Sequence record: NZ_CP035507.1
From: a plasmid
DNA: 64,000 nucleotides
Strand: one strand, 5' to 3'
Part shown: piece by piece, positions 1 through 9,200 of the stretch
Layout: the number at the start of each line of letters is the position of its first letter
Numbering within the stretch: position 1 is the first letter of the stretch
Notes under the pieces: generated by a model
The model's database searches: none
Seen by the model: only the letters and a program-made list of their open reading frames with translations
What the model was told of the DNA's origin: nothing
Program-made: the position numbers and the translations under genes

Positions 1-1
1 C

Positions 2-574
2 ATGATGAGCGCCCTTCGCTTCCACCCGAAGTGCTGGCATCGGGATGAGGGCCAGACCCGCGGCATCCCCAGGCCGGCGCTGATCGCCGCGGTCACCGAT
101 GGGGCAGGGGCCCTGCAGGGCGTACATCGTACTTGGCTGGCGCCTGACGGACAGGGAAAGGCGCGGGTCGAGACGCAGCGGCGTGCCATGGGTCACCTCT
201 TGGGCAATGCCGTCAGGCTGACCCCGCATGACGACTTCCTCGTGGTCGGCGAAGGCATCGAGACCATGCTGTCCCTCGTTGAGGCCGTGCCCGGTCTTCC
301 CGTTTGGGCGGCGCTGTCATCGGGTCACCTTGGGGCGGTCCTGCTGCCGGAGGGGCTGCAGCGCCTCTACATCGCCATCGACCGCGATCAGGCCGGGCAA
401 CGCGCGGCAGAGAGGTTGAGCGCCAGAGCTCTTGAAGCCGGGATTGCCGTGCGGGTGCTGGAACCGCGGCTCGGGGATTTCAACGATGATCTCCGAGCGA
501 ACGGCAAGGAGGCGCTGCGCCAGCATCTGGCAGGGCAGATCGGGCCCGAGGATTGGCATCGCCTGACAGGCTGA
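2..574 (+). CDS. Toprim-domain protein, C-terminal part (5' end lies outside the window)
   Basis: ORF runs from the window edge; the translation shows a Toprim-like acidic core (GEGIETMLS...YIAIDRDQAG...FNDD), as in ICE/plasmid primase-like proteins. Confidence 0.5.
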   Translation: MMSALRFHPKCWHRDEGQTRGIPRPALIAAVTDGAGALQGVHRTWLAPDGQGKARVETQRRAMGHLLGNAVRLTPHDDFLVVGEGIETMLSLVEAVPGLPVWAALSSGHLGAVLLPEGLQRLYIAIDRDQAGQRAAERLSARALEAGIAVRVLEPRLGDFNDDLRANGKEALRQHLAGQIGPEDWHRLTG

Positions 575-744
575 GCAGCGTCGCGCAGGGGGCGGTCGGG
601 GATAGCGGGGCAGGGGTCACGGCTCCCTGTCGTGGCTCTGGACCGTCGCCTTGCCTATTCCTGGGTAATCTCATCCACCCGTCACCCGAGCGGCCTTCAA
701 GAGATGGGCAGGCGGCCGTCAAAGGGGCCGCCCCTTCAAGGACG

Positions 745-830
745 GGGGGCAACTGATTTCCGCCGGCGGGGACGAGCCCCGCCTTTGCATCGCGAAGAAA
801 ATCAGCTGCCCCCCGTCCTCCTCCACATGC
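745..830. repeat. Intergenic inverted repeat: ~22-bp arms (GGACGGGGGGCAaCTGATTT / AAATCAGcTGCCCCCCGTCC) enclosing a second small GC hairpin
   Basis: Read directly from the sequence between the Toprim gene and the next CDS; a small AAGGGGCcgCCCCTT hairpin lies just upstream. Confidence 0.4.
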
Positions 831-940
831 GTTCCGGCCCCGAAAGGGGGTGAAGGGGCGTCCCCTCCCACGGCTTTCGCAGCCCATGAAGGCCGCGCGG
901 GATGACGCGCGGACGAGACAGGCCAGGAGGCAAGAAACCA

Positions 941-1873
941 ATGACGATCCACACCCACGACGACGCCTATGAACCCGCCCACACCGCATCCCAGACCGCC
1001 CATGCGCTCGACGAGCTGCAGCTCTATGGCTACCGCCCCTTTGACGAGCCCGATCCACGCCCGATGCCCGATGGGCAGCGCCTCGCGGTCGCCGTCGCCG
1101 ACATCTTCGATGCCCTCGTCGCTACCCTGGAAGACACCCGCATGGAACCCGATCTCGAAGAGGTGCTCTGGGGCCAGGTCAACCTCTTCCACCGCGCCAC
1201 GGCCCGGATAGAGCGGTCGCTCGACGAGAACGAGCAGGCACAGCGCCGCCTCCAGCGTGAGCAGGACGGCTCCGAGGTGAAATCCACCGAGCTCGAGCGC
1301 CTGACGGCCGAAGGCCTGACGCTGATCGAACGTCGGAACTGCATGGACATGATGCGCGATCACGCCGCGACCGAGTTCGTCCATCACACGGGCTCCACCT
1401 GGCGTCCCCGCACCGGCTCGATGGCGAACCGCCAGCACATGACCGCAGCGCTGATCGACAGCCGCGATTTCCTGGCTGCCAAGCGCCGTGCAGAAACCGA
1501 GGTGATGCTCCCCGCAGGTCCCAAGGTCGCCCTCACCGGTGGGACCGACTTCAACGATCACCGTCTGATCTGGGGCAAGCTCGACCAGGTCCGGACCAAG
1601 TATTCCGATATGGTCCTTCTGCACGGGGGAAGCCCCAAGGGCGCAGAGCTCATCGCCGCCAAATGGGCCGAATCCCGCGGCGTGACGCAGGTGGCCTTCA
1701 AGCCCGACTGGACCAAGCACGCCAAGGCCGCGCCCTTCAAGCGCAACGACGCCATGCTGGACGTGCTCCCCGTGGGTGTCCTCGTCTTCCCAGGCAATGG
1801 CATCCAGGAGAACCTCGCCGACAAGGCTAAGAAGCTCGGTATCCCGGTCATGAAGTTCGAGAAGGGGGCGTGA
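941..1873 (+). CDS. DUF2493/SLOG-like domain protein (ICE-associated)
   Basis: AGGAGG sits 9 nt upstream of ATG 941 (the ORF track starts at 902); the C-terminal LHGGSPKGAELIAAKWAESRG...FKRNDAMLD segment resembles the DUF2493 (SLOG) family. Confidence 0.5.
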   Translation: MTIHTHDDAYEPAHTASQTAHALDELQLYGYRPFDEPDPRPMPDGQRLAVAVADIFDALVATLEDTRMEPDLEEVLWGQVNLFHRATARIERSLDENEQAQRRLQREQDGSEVKSTELERLTAEGLTLIERRNCMDMMRDHAATEFVHHTGSTWRPRTGSMANRQHMTAALIDSRDFLAAKRRAETEVMLPAGPKVALTGGTDFNDHRLIWGKLDQVRTKYSDMVLLHGGSPKGAELIAAKWAESRGVTQVAFKPDWTKHAKAAPFKRNDAMLDVLPVGVLVFPGNGIQENLADKAKKLGIPVMKFEKGA

Positions 1874-1930
1874 GCCCCCTTTCCCCTCGCGGGGAAATCA
1901 AGGTGGAAGCGCAGGCCTCCACCTGATATT

Positions 1931-2218
1931 GTGGTGAAAACCTCAGTCGATCACTACATGTACCACAGTCCGATCCAGCTCGATGTCTTCCCGACCGAAT
2001 TGCAGATGCGCCGGATCGATCCCGCGCGCAACATGCGTCGCTTCTATCGGCTGAGTGTGCAACGCGACCTTTTCGGTCGCGCCAGCCTTGTGCGCGAATG
2101 GGGCCGGATCGGTTTTCGGGGGCAGATGATGGTCGAGACCCACCCCGATGAAGGCAAGGCCATCACCGCGTTGATGAAGCTCGCAGCGGTGAAGAAGCGG
2201 CGCGGGTACGTCGACTGA
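1931..2218 (+). CDS. WGR-domain protein
   Basis: 95-aa ORF with the RRFYRLSVQRDLFG...WGRIG motif (W-G-R). Confidence 0.6.
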   Translation: MVKTSVDHYMYHSPIQLDVFPTELQMRRIDPARNMRRFYRLSVQRDLFGRASLVREWGRIGFRGQMMVETHPDEGKAITALMKLAAVKKRRGYVD

Positions 2219-2334
2219 CGCTGAAACCAGACGAGCGCGCCATGAAGCACTGACGGTTCATTATCGTCATGTGCTCGCCCGATTTGCGTTGAAAAACCGA
2301 AGCCTAAGCCATAGGGTCAGCGGAGGCCCAGTTA

Positions 2335-3243
2335 TTGGGCGCGCATAGTTTTAATGCGCACGGTTATGCTTGGGGGGAAGTCGTGTCGAACGACAAGTCG
2401 GATCTACGCTGGGGAGTCGAGCAACGTCTCGAGTTCATCGAGTTCCGCCTGTTCTGGGAGGGGCACGTGAACCGCATTGATCTGATGGATCAATTCGGGG
2501 TTTCGGTGAACCAGGCATCAATGGACCTTAATCGCTATATCGGTTTTGCCCCCGAGAACATGGTCTATGACAAGAGTGCCCGGACCTACGTGCGCGGGCC
2601 AGGGTTCAAGCCACAGTTTCTAGAGCCTGACGCAAGCCGGTATCTGGCCCAGCTGCGGTCTGTAGCTGACGGTATCCTCGATAGAGAAGACTCTTGGATA
2701 GCCGACTTGCCGCCCTACGCAGCCTCGCCTACGCCCGTGCGTGGCGTTGACCCTATCACCCTCCGGTCAGTCGTTGGGGCAATCCGGCGTTCGGAGGCGA
2801 TCGAGGTCAAATATCAGTCCTTGTCGAACCCTGAGCCACGTTGGCGCTGGATTGCGCCCCATGCCATCGCTTTTGATGGCTTCAGGTGGCATGCGCGCGC
2901 CTATTGTCTCTCCGACGAAGTCTTCAAGGATTTCCTACTCTCTCGGATGATCGAAATTCGTGGGTGCACTGAGAGCGCCGCGGTGCCTTCGGCGGACGCG
3001 GATTGGAATGATAACGTGGTCCTCGAGATAGGCCCGCATCCTGATCTTTCCCCGACACAGGCAAAGGTCATTGCGCTCGACTACGGCATGGATGGGGGAA
3101 AGGCGGCGATCAAGGTTAGGCGCGCCCTTCTCTATTACGCATTGCGACGGCTTGGACTGGATACCGATCCAAGCGCGCGACCGCCCCAAGATCAGCAAAT
3201 CGTGCTGCTTAACCGAGAGACACTGGAGGCGACAGCGCCATGA
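2335..3243 (+). CDS. WYL-domain transcriptional regulator (BrxR/CapW-like; N-terminal wHTH then WYL)
   Basis: N-terminal LRWGVEQRLEFIEFRLFWEGHVNRIDLMDQFGVSVNQASMDL looks like an HTH; it sits immediately upstream of the defence operon. The true start may be GTG 2383. Confidence 0.65.
   Translation: MGAHSFNAHGYAWGEVVSNDKSDLRWGVEQRLEFIEFRLFWEGHVNRIDLMDQFGVSVNQASMDLNRYIGFAPENMVYDKSARTYVRGPGFKPQFLEPDASRYLAQLRSVADGILDREDSWIADLPPYAASPTPVRGVDPITLRSVVGAIRRSEAIEVKYQSLSNPEPRWRWIAPHAIAFDGFRWHARAYCLSDEVFKDFLLSRMIEIRGCTESAAVPSADADWNDNVVLEIGPHPDLSPTQAKVIALDYGMDGGKAAIKVRRALLYYALRRLGLDTDPSARPPQDQQIVLLNRETLEATAP
2339..2357. promoter_or_regulatory. Palindrome GCGCAT-N7-ATGCGC at the 5' end of the WYL regulator gene (candidate auto-operator)
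   Basis: Read directly from the sequence; it overlaps the annotated ATG 2335, and an alternative GTG start at 2383 is preceded by GGGGGAAG. Confidence 0.35.
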
Positions 3244-3316
3244 GAAAAATGGTTCTCTCGTCTGCTGTCGAACACTTACGGCTCGCCAGGTTTGGATTGA
3301 AAAGAGTGCGTCTCAA

Positions 3317-6268
3317 ATGAGTTCAGCAATCCCCACCCCCGGGTCCGTCATCAGCCTCCGCTCCGCCACCTGGAAGGTGCTGGGCACCTCGACGCTGAAG
3401 CGCGGATTCCGGGAGGTCCACTGTCGGGGCCTGAACGGTCTGGTTCGTGACAAGGAGGCCCGGTTCGTCTGGGATCTCGAGAAGGGTGCGCGCGTCCTTG
3501 ACCCCGCGGCGGTCGGGCTCGTCCCGGACACGTCCCCCGGTCTGATCGACACGAAGCTGCACCTAGCAGCCGCGTTCCGGGCGACACCGACGACGACGCG
3601 TCGCCCCCTGACGCTCGGCCGGGCCGCGATTGACGATCTGACGTTCCAGCACCTACCGGTCGAGCGGGCGCTGGCCCAGGACCGTGTGCGCCTCCTAATC
3701 GCGGATGATGTCGGCCTCGGGAAGACCCTTGAAGCGGGCCTGATCACCTCGGAGCTTGCCCTGCGCGGCCGGGCGGACCGGATCCTCGTAGTCACGACCC
3801 GTGCCATGCTTACTCAGTTCCAGAAAGAATTCTGGACGCGGTTTTCGATCCCGCTTTCCCGGCTCGACAGCGCCGCTATCCGACGGATGCGGAACAAGAT
3901 CCCGGCCCATTACAACGTGTTCGACCAGTTCGACCGGTCCATCGTCTCGATCGACACCCTGAAAAGGGACAACCAGATCAGGGACGCGCTGAAACATTCC
4001 TATTGGGATCTGATCATCATCGACGAGGCGCACAACGCCGCCGAACGGAAGTCGGCCGCCGGGTCGAACTCGCAGCGGGCGGAACTGGCGCAGCTACTGT
4101 CTCGCCGGACCGACTCCCTGCTCCTACTGACCGCGACCCCGCATGATGGGTCGCAGGAAAGCTTCGCAAGTCTTATCAAGATGCTGGACCCGACCAGGGT
4201 TCCAGACCCGACGCGGCTGCACCGGTCTGACATCGAGGATCTTGTTGTACGCCGGTTCCGCTCGTCGCCGGAGGTGGTCGCCGATATCGGCCGAGAGGTT
4301 CCAAAACGGCAGCTGTTCCCGCGCCGCTTCCCGCTCAGCCCGCAGGAGGAGGTGGCCTATCAGGCGATCGCGGACCTCCACCTCGATCTTGATGAGGAAC
4401 AGACCCGAGGGCGCGCAATCGATCTGTTCCGGACTACGATCGCCAAAGCGATCTTTTCCAGCCCGGCCGCTTGCTACGAGACGCTCTCACGCCGGATACG
4501 TGGAATTGAAAACAAAACTGCCCGTGGCAGCGAGGCGGACCTGCATCGACTGCGGGCGTTGGCAGAGCAAGTAGATGCGATCGATACGGGTGCTTTCAGC
4601 AAGTATCAGGAACTTCTTCGCCTGCTGCGCCAGTTGAACTGGACCGGGCGGGCAGCGCGGGATCGGCTGGTCATCTTTTCGGAACGGATCGCAACTGTGT
4701 CCTGGCTCGCGGACCGGTTGCGCGAGGACCTTGGGCTCTCGGCCGACCAGGTAGCGCGGGTGGATGGGGGGAGCGTCGAGGCTGACGTGCGGACCCAGGA
4801 GGTGATTGAGGCGTTCGGTCAGGAGCGGTCACCGATCCGGATCCTGATCGCCTCCGACATGGCGTCCGAGGGGCTCAACCTCCACTTCCAGTGCCACCGG
4901 CTCATCCATTTCGACCTCCCCTGGTCCCTTCTGCGGTTCCAGCAGCGCAACGGGCGGATCGACCGGTACGGGCAGGACCGGCCCCCGCAGATCAGCTACT
5001 TCGTTGGCGAGAGCACGCATCCGAAGGTGCGTCAGATGTGGGTGCTCGAGAAGCTTGTCGCGAAGGACGAAGCGGCTCAGGCGGGCGTCGGTGATCCGGC
5101 TGTGTTCCTCGGCGCGGGGGACGCGGACGGGGAGGAGGCGGTCGTCGCGGAGGCGGTCGCCGCCGGCATAGGCGCGGAGGAGTTCGAGCGCCAGATGGAC
5201 GACCGGGCCGCGGAGGCCGTGACCCATTTGTCGATCGACGATGAGTTTGCGGCCCTATTCGGGGATTACGCAGCCCCGGCAACGGCCGACGCGGCTCCCC
5301 CGACGGATCAGGCCCCGCCTCGCCTGTACCCGGACACCTTCACTTACGCTCAGGCGATGATCGAGCGGCTGTCCAGACCGGAGGAGAAAGCCTTCCCGGA
5401 GCTGCCGAAGATCCAAGCTGCCGACCGTCTCATCCAGCTCGCCATCCCTGATGATATGCGCGCGCGCGATGGGTTTGGCTACGCGAGCGAAGGGGCGGTG
5501 GATGGGCGATTCATGCCGGAGGAGGCGGTCGGCCCCGGAGGCCGGATCGAGCTGACCGACCAACCCGAAGTGATCAACCAAGCTATCAACAATGCGAAAG
5601 CGCAGGAGCGTGCCTGGCCTACCGTCCAATATCTCTGGGACGGGCACCCGATCCTGCAATGGTTCGCAGACCGGGCCAGCACCTTCTTCCCGGAGCATGC
5701 CGCCCCGGTGGCGTCCCTCCACGGACGCATGCCTCCGGGGGAGGTGGCCGTGGTCCTGCATGGGGCGATCCCGAACGCGAACGGGGCCCCGGTCGTGGAC
5801 CGGTGGGCCGTGGTGATCCGGTCGGCTGATGGGACCGTGCGGATCGAGGAGGTGGGCACATTTCTGGAACGGACCCGGCTCGCCGGGGACACCCCGAGCC
5901 GCCCATTGGAGGACCTCTCGGCGGCGCAGGCAGCGATCCCGGTCGCGGTGGACCGGTTTCAGACGCATCTTGTCGAGCTGCGGAAGGCACGAGAGGCGGA
6001 TATCCAGCGGGACCTCGACGCGGTTCTTGACCGGCTGACCACCCTGGAGACGCGTTTCCGAGCCCAGCTTACGCTTGATCTTGGCGACGTGCCCGGCGCT
6101 GATGAAGGGCTCAGCCCGGTTGAGAAGAGACGCCTGACAATCCGCCGCAGGCGGGAACAGGAGATCGAAAAGCTGTTCCACGACTGGACAGACTGGTTCG
6201 AGCGGACCCGGAAGATGATTCCGGACCCGAACCCGCATGTCGACGTCAAAGCTGTGTTTGTGGGGTGA
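3317..6268 (+). CDS. SNF2-family DEAH helicase (DISARM DrmD-like)
   Basis: Motif I LLIADDVGLGKT, motif II IIIDEAHNA, LLLTATP, helicase-C region (ILIASDMASEGLNLHF...QRNGRIDRYGQ); ATG 3317 chosen as the first Met after the WYL gene stop. Confidence 0.8.
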   Translation: MSSAIPTPGSVISLRSATWKVLGTSTLKRGFREVHCRGLNGLVRDKEARFVWDLEKGARVLDPAAVGLVPDTSPGLIDTKLHLAAAFRATPTTTRRPLTLGRAAIDDLTFQHLPVERALAQDRVRLLIADDVGLGKTLEAGLITSELALRGRADRILVVTTRAMLTQFQKEFWTRFSIPLSRLDSAAIRRMRNKIPAHYNVFDQFDRSIVSIDTLKRDNQIRDALKHSYWDLIIIDEAHNAAERKSAAGSNSQRAELAQLLSRRTDSLLLLTATPHDGSQESFASLIKMLDPTRVPDPTRLHRSDIEDLVVRRFRSSPEVVADIGREVPKRQLFPRRFPLSPQEEVAYQAIADLHLDLDEEQTRGRAIDLFRTTIAKAIFSSPAACYETLSRRIRGIENKTARGSEADLHRLRALAEQVDAIDTGAFSKYQELLRLLRQLNWTGRAARDRLVIFSERIATVSWLADRLREDLGLSADQVARVDGGSVEADVRTQEVIEAFGQERSPIRILIASDMASEGLNLHFQCHRLIHFDLPWSLLRFQQRNGRIDRYGQDRPPQISYFVGESTHPKVRQMWVLEKLVAKDEAAQAGVGDPAVFLGAGDADGEEAVVAEAVAAGIGAEEFERQMDDRAAEAVTHLSIDDEFAALFGDYAAPATADAAPPTDQAPPRLYPDTFTYAQAMIERLSRPEEKAFPELPKIQAADRLIQLAIPDDMRARDGFGYASEGAVDGRFMPEEAVGPGGRIELTDQPEVINQAINNAKAQERAWPTVQYLWDGHPILQWFADRASTFFPEHAAPVASLHGRMPPGEVAVVLHGAIPNANGAPVVDRWAVVIRSADGTVRIEEVGTFLERTRLAGDTPSRPLEDLSAAQAAIPVAVDRFQTHLVELRKAREADIQRDLDAVLDRLTTLETRFRAQLTLDLGDVPGADEGLSPVEKRRLTIRRRREQEIEKLFHDWTDWFERTRKMIPDPNPHVDVKAVFVG

Positions 6269-6272
6269 TCGA

Positions 6273-9200
6273 ATGGACCTGATCGGGATCGAAAACGAAG
6301 CCGAGTTCTTCCCGTCCGGGACCCTTTCGGACGTGCTGAAGGAGGAGCTTCAGGACATCACCGCCCGCTGGGCCGGTCTGGACCGGGCCGCCCATCCGGT
6401 CGAGCGGCTGGCCCGCGTCGCCGGCCCGACCGTCGAGGCGCTGCGCCAGGTGCGTAACAGTTCGGATCGGTCCCGGCGCGCCGAACTGGTCAGGGACGCG
6501 CACCACGACGTGCTGACCGCCCTCGGCTACGTGTGGCGGCGCGAGGGGGCCTACACGGCTCTCGACGGGGCGCCGGTAATCCCACTCGTGTCCCGCGCAG
6601 CAGATACCAGCGGTCGTGATGCGCTCTGGGTGATCGAGGCGCCGATCCCGGCCCCGGAGGACGAGGCGTCGGACCCGCTGGGGACCTGCTTCACGGAGGA
6701 GCAGCTTCCACCGGACCAGCGCGAGGCAGCCCTGACCGACCGGACCATCGAGTCCGTCCTCGCCGAGGGGGTGTTCGAGCTGTCCGACGGCCCTCGTCAC
6801 GTGCTTGTCCTCGGCCTGTCGCAGATCGTGCTGATCGACAAGAGGAAATGGCCGGCCCGGTCCGTCCTCCGGTTCGACCTTCAAGAAATCTTCGCCCGGG
6901 CGGACCGGGACACGCTCACCGTGATGGCCTGCCTGATCTCCCGAGAGGCGCGCGTCCCGGATCAGGGGGCGCCGATCTCGGATCGGCTCGAGGAGGAGGC
7001 GCAGCGGAACGCAAACGCAGTCACGACCTCCCTGAAGCGAACCGTCCGGGACGCGATCGAGCTGCTCGGCCAGGAGGTGATTGCGGTCACCGGCGGGAAG
7101 TACCCGTCCAGCTTCCCGGACCCGGCCCGGCGCGGGGTCTGGATCGACGGGCCGGAATTGTCGCGCGAATGCCTGCGTTACATGTACCGGCTGTTGTTCC
7201 TGTTCTACGCGGAGGCGAACCCCCGTCTGAACCTGCTCGACATGCGGAACCCGATCTACGCGACCGGATATTCGCTTGAGGCGCTGCGAGAACTGGAATC
7301 CGTTCCGCTCCGGACCACGGCGGACCGGGAGGGGACGTTCCTCTGGGAAAGCCTTCAGCGGACCCTCGACCTCCTCTACACTGGGCTCGACCTCGCCGAT
7401 GAGGAACGGGGGTCCGGTCTTCGCCTACCGGCCGTGAAGGTTTCCCTGCTCGACCCGGAGAGCACGCCACTCCTGAACGGGCTGCGGCTGCGGAACGAGG
7501 CAGTTCAACAGGTGATCCGCCTGCTGTCGCTCCGGTCCACCGGCAAGAGCACGGGCCGGATATCTTACGCGAAGCTTGGGATCGGCCAGTTGGGCGCGGT
7601 CTATGAGACCCTGATTTCGTTCACCGGAGTGGTCGCCAAGACCGACCTCATCGAGCTGAAACCCCGGAAGGGCCGGTCGAATGACGCGGCCGAGGACGGG
7701 GAGGAGGCCGAAGCCACCGAACCGGAAGAGGACGGCGAGGAGGACCTGTTCGGTGAGGAAGAGGCCGAACAGGAGGACGCGTTCCGCCGTGATAAGGTGG
7801 ACAAGCTGGCGCCCAGCTGGTTCGTCCCCCGCAGCCGGATCAACGAATTCGCCCCGGAAGAGATCGTCTTCAACGGGTCCGAGGCGCTCGTCTATGAAAA
7901 GGGGACCTTCATCTACCGCCTCGCCGGCCGGGACCGGGAGAAGTCCGCCTCCTACTACACGCCCGAACCCCTCGCCCGGTTGCTGGTCAAGCACGCGCTG
8001 ATGGAGCGGTGCCGGGACCTGACCGCCGATCAGCTTCTGGACCTGAAGATCCTCGAACCCGCGATGGGCTCTGCGGCCTTCCTCGTGGAGACCACGAACC
8101 AGCTGGCCGACCTCTACCTCGAGCGGAAACAGAAGGCGACGGGCCGGACCATCCCGCAGGAGGACATCGTCCTCGAGAAGCAGCGGGTCCGGGCCTACAT
8201 CGCAGACCGGAACTGCTTCGGGGTAGACCTCAACCCGATCGCCGTCGAACTGGGGGCGATCTCGCTGTGGCTGAACAGCCTGCACGGGAGCGAGTTCTCG
8301 CCCTGGTTCGGGGACCAGCTTCACGCCGGGAACTCCCTGATCGGCGCGCGCCGGGCCGCCTATGCCCCCGCGCTTCTCAGCGCCAAGGCGCAGGGCGACC
8401 TGTGGTTCAACGGGAAGCCCGATGAGATCGGCTGGCGCAAACGCCTGCCGGACGGGCACGTCTGGCAGTGGCTCCTCCCCGCCAAGGACATGGCGAACTT
8501 CGACAAGGACAAGTCGATCGCCCCCTTCGCGAAATCCGCGCAGGATCAGATCAAGGCGTGGCGCAAGGACGGCTTCTTCAAGAAGCTCGAACCCCACGAG
8601 ATCAAGCTGGTCCAGAAGCTCAGCCGGGTCGCCGAGGCGCTGTTCGAGCAGGTGGCCGAGGACCTCGCCAAGACGCGCGCAGCCGCGAATGACGAGATCA
8701 CGCTCTGGCCGAACAAGGTCATGCCGGGGAACAAGCGGCTAGACTTCCACGAAAAGGCTCGCCTGAACGCCCACCTGACCGGGGCTGACCACGCGACCAA
8801 CACGCTCCCCTACAAGCGGCTGAAAACAGCGATGGACGCGTGGTGCGCCCTCTGGCTCTGGCCGCTGGACAAGGCGGACCTTCTGCCCGGCCGGGCGGAG
8901 TTCCTTCAGGGGATGGCGATGATCCTTGAGGGCGGGTTCACCGCTGACGGATCGCTGGCCGCGCCGAGCGTGTCGGAGTTCGCCGATCCGGCCCCGGACT
9001 TCCTCGACCTGCTGGAACCCGACGCCCCCGCCCGCGACCTGTTCAAGGCCGCCGCCAAGCGGCAGGACGGGCTGTTCCGGGAAACGAATGTCGAGGCGCT
9101 GATCGAGAATTTCGACTGGCTGAAGACGGCGGTCGAGGTGGCCGAGCGCGAGCGCTTCGTGCATTTCGACCTGATCTTCGCCGACGTGATGAAGGCGCGC

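Noticed and set aside
719-1720. 333-aa minus-strand ORF overlapping the Toprim and DUF2493 region
   Set aside because: Antisense to well-supported + strand genes in a ~65% GC genome; low-complexity translation with no recognisable motifs.
3071-3316. N-terminal 82-aa extension of the SNF2 ORF in the ORF track (start at 3071)
   Set aside because: It overlaps the 3' end of the WYL regulator gene in another frame. The first Met after the WYL stop (3317) gives a sensible N-terminus.
7425-8597. 390-aa minus-strand ORF inside the methyltransferase gene
   Set aside because: Fully antisense to a CDS with clear methyltransferase motifs; typical long open frame from high GC.
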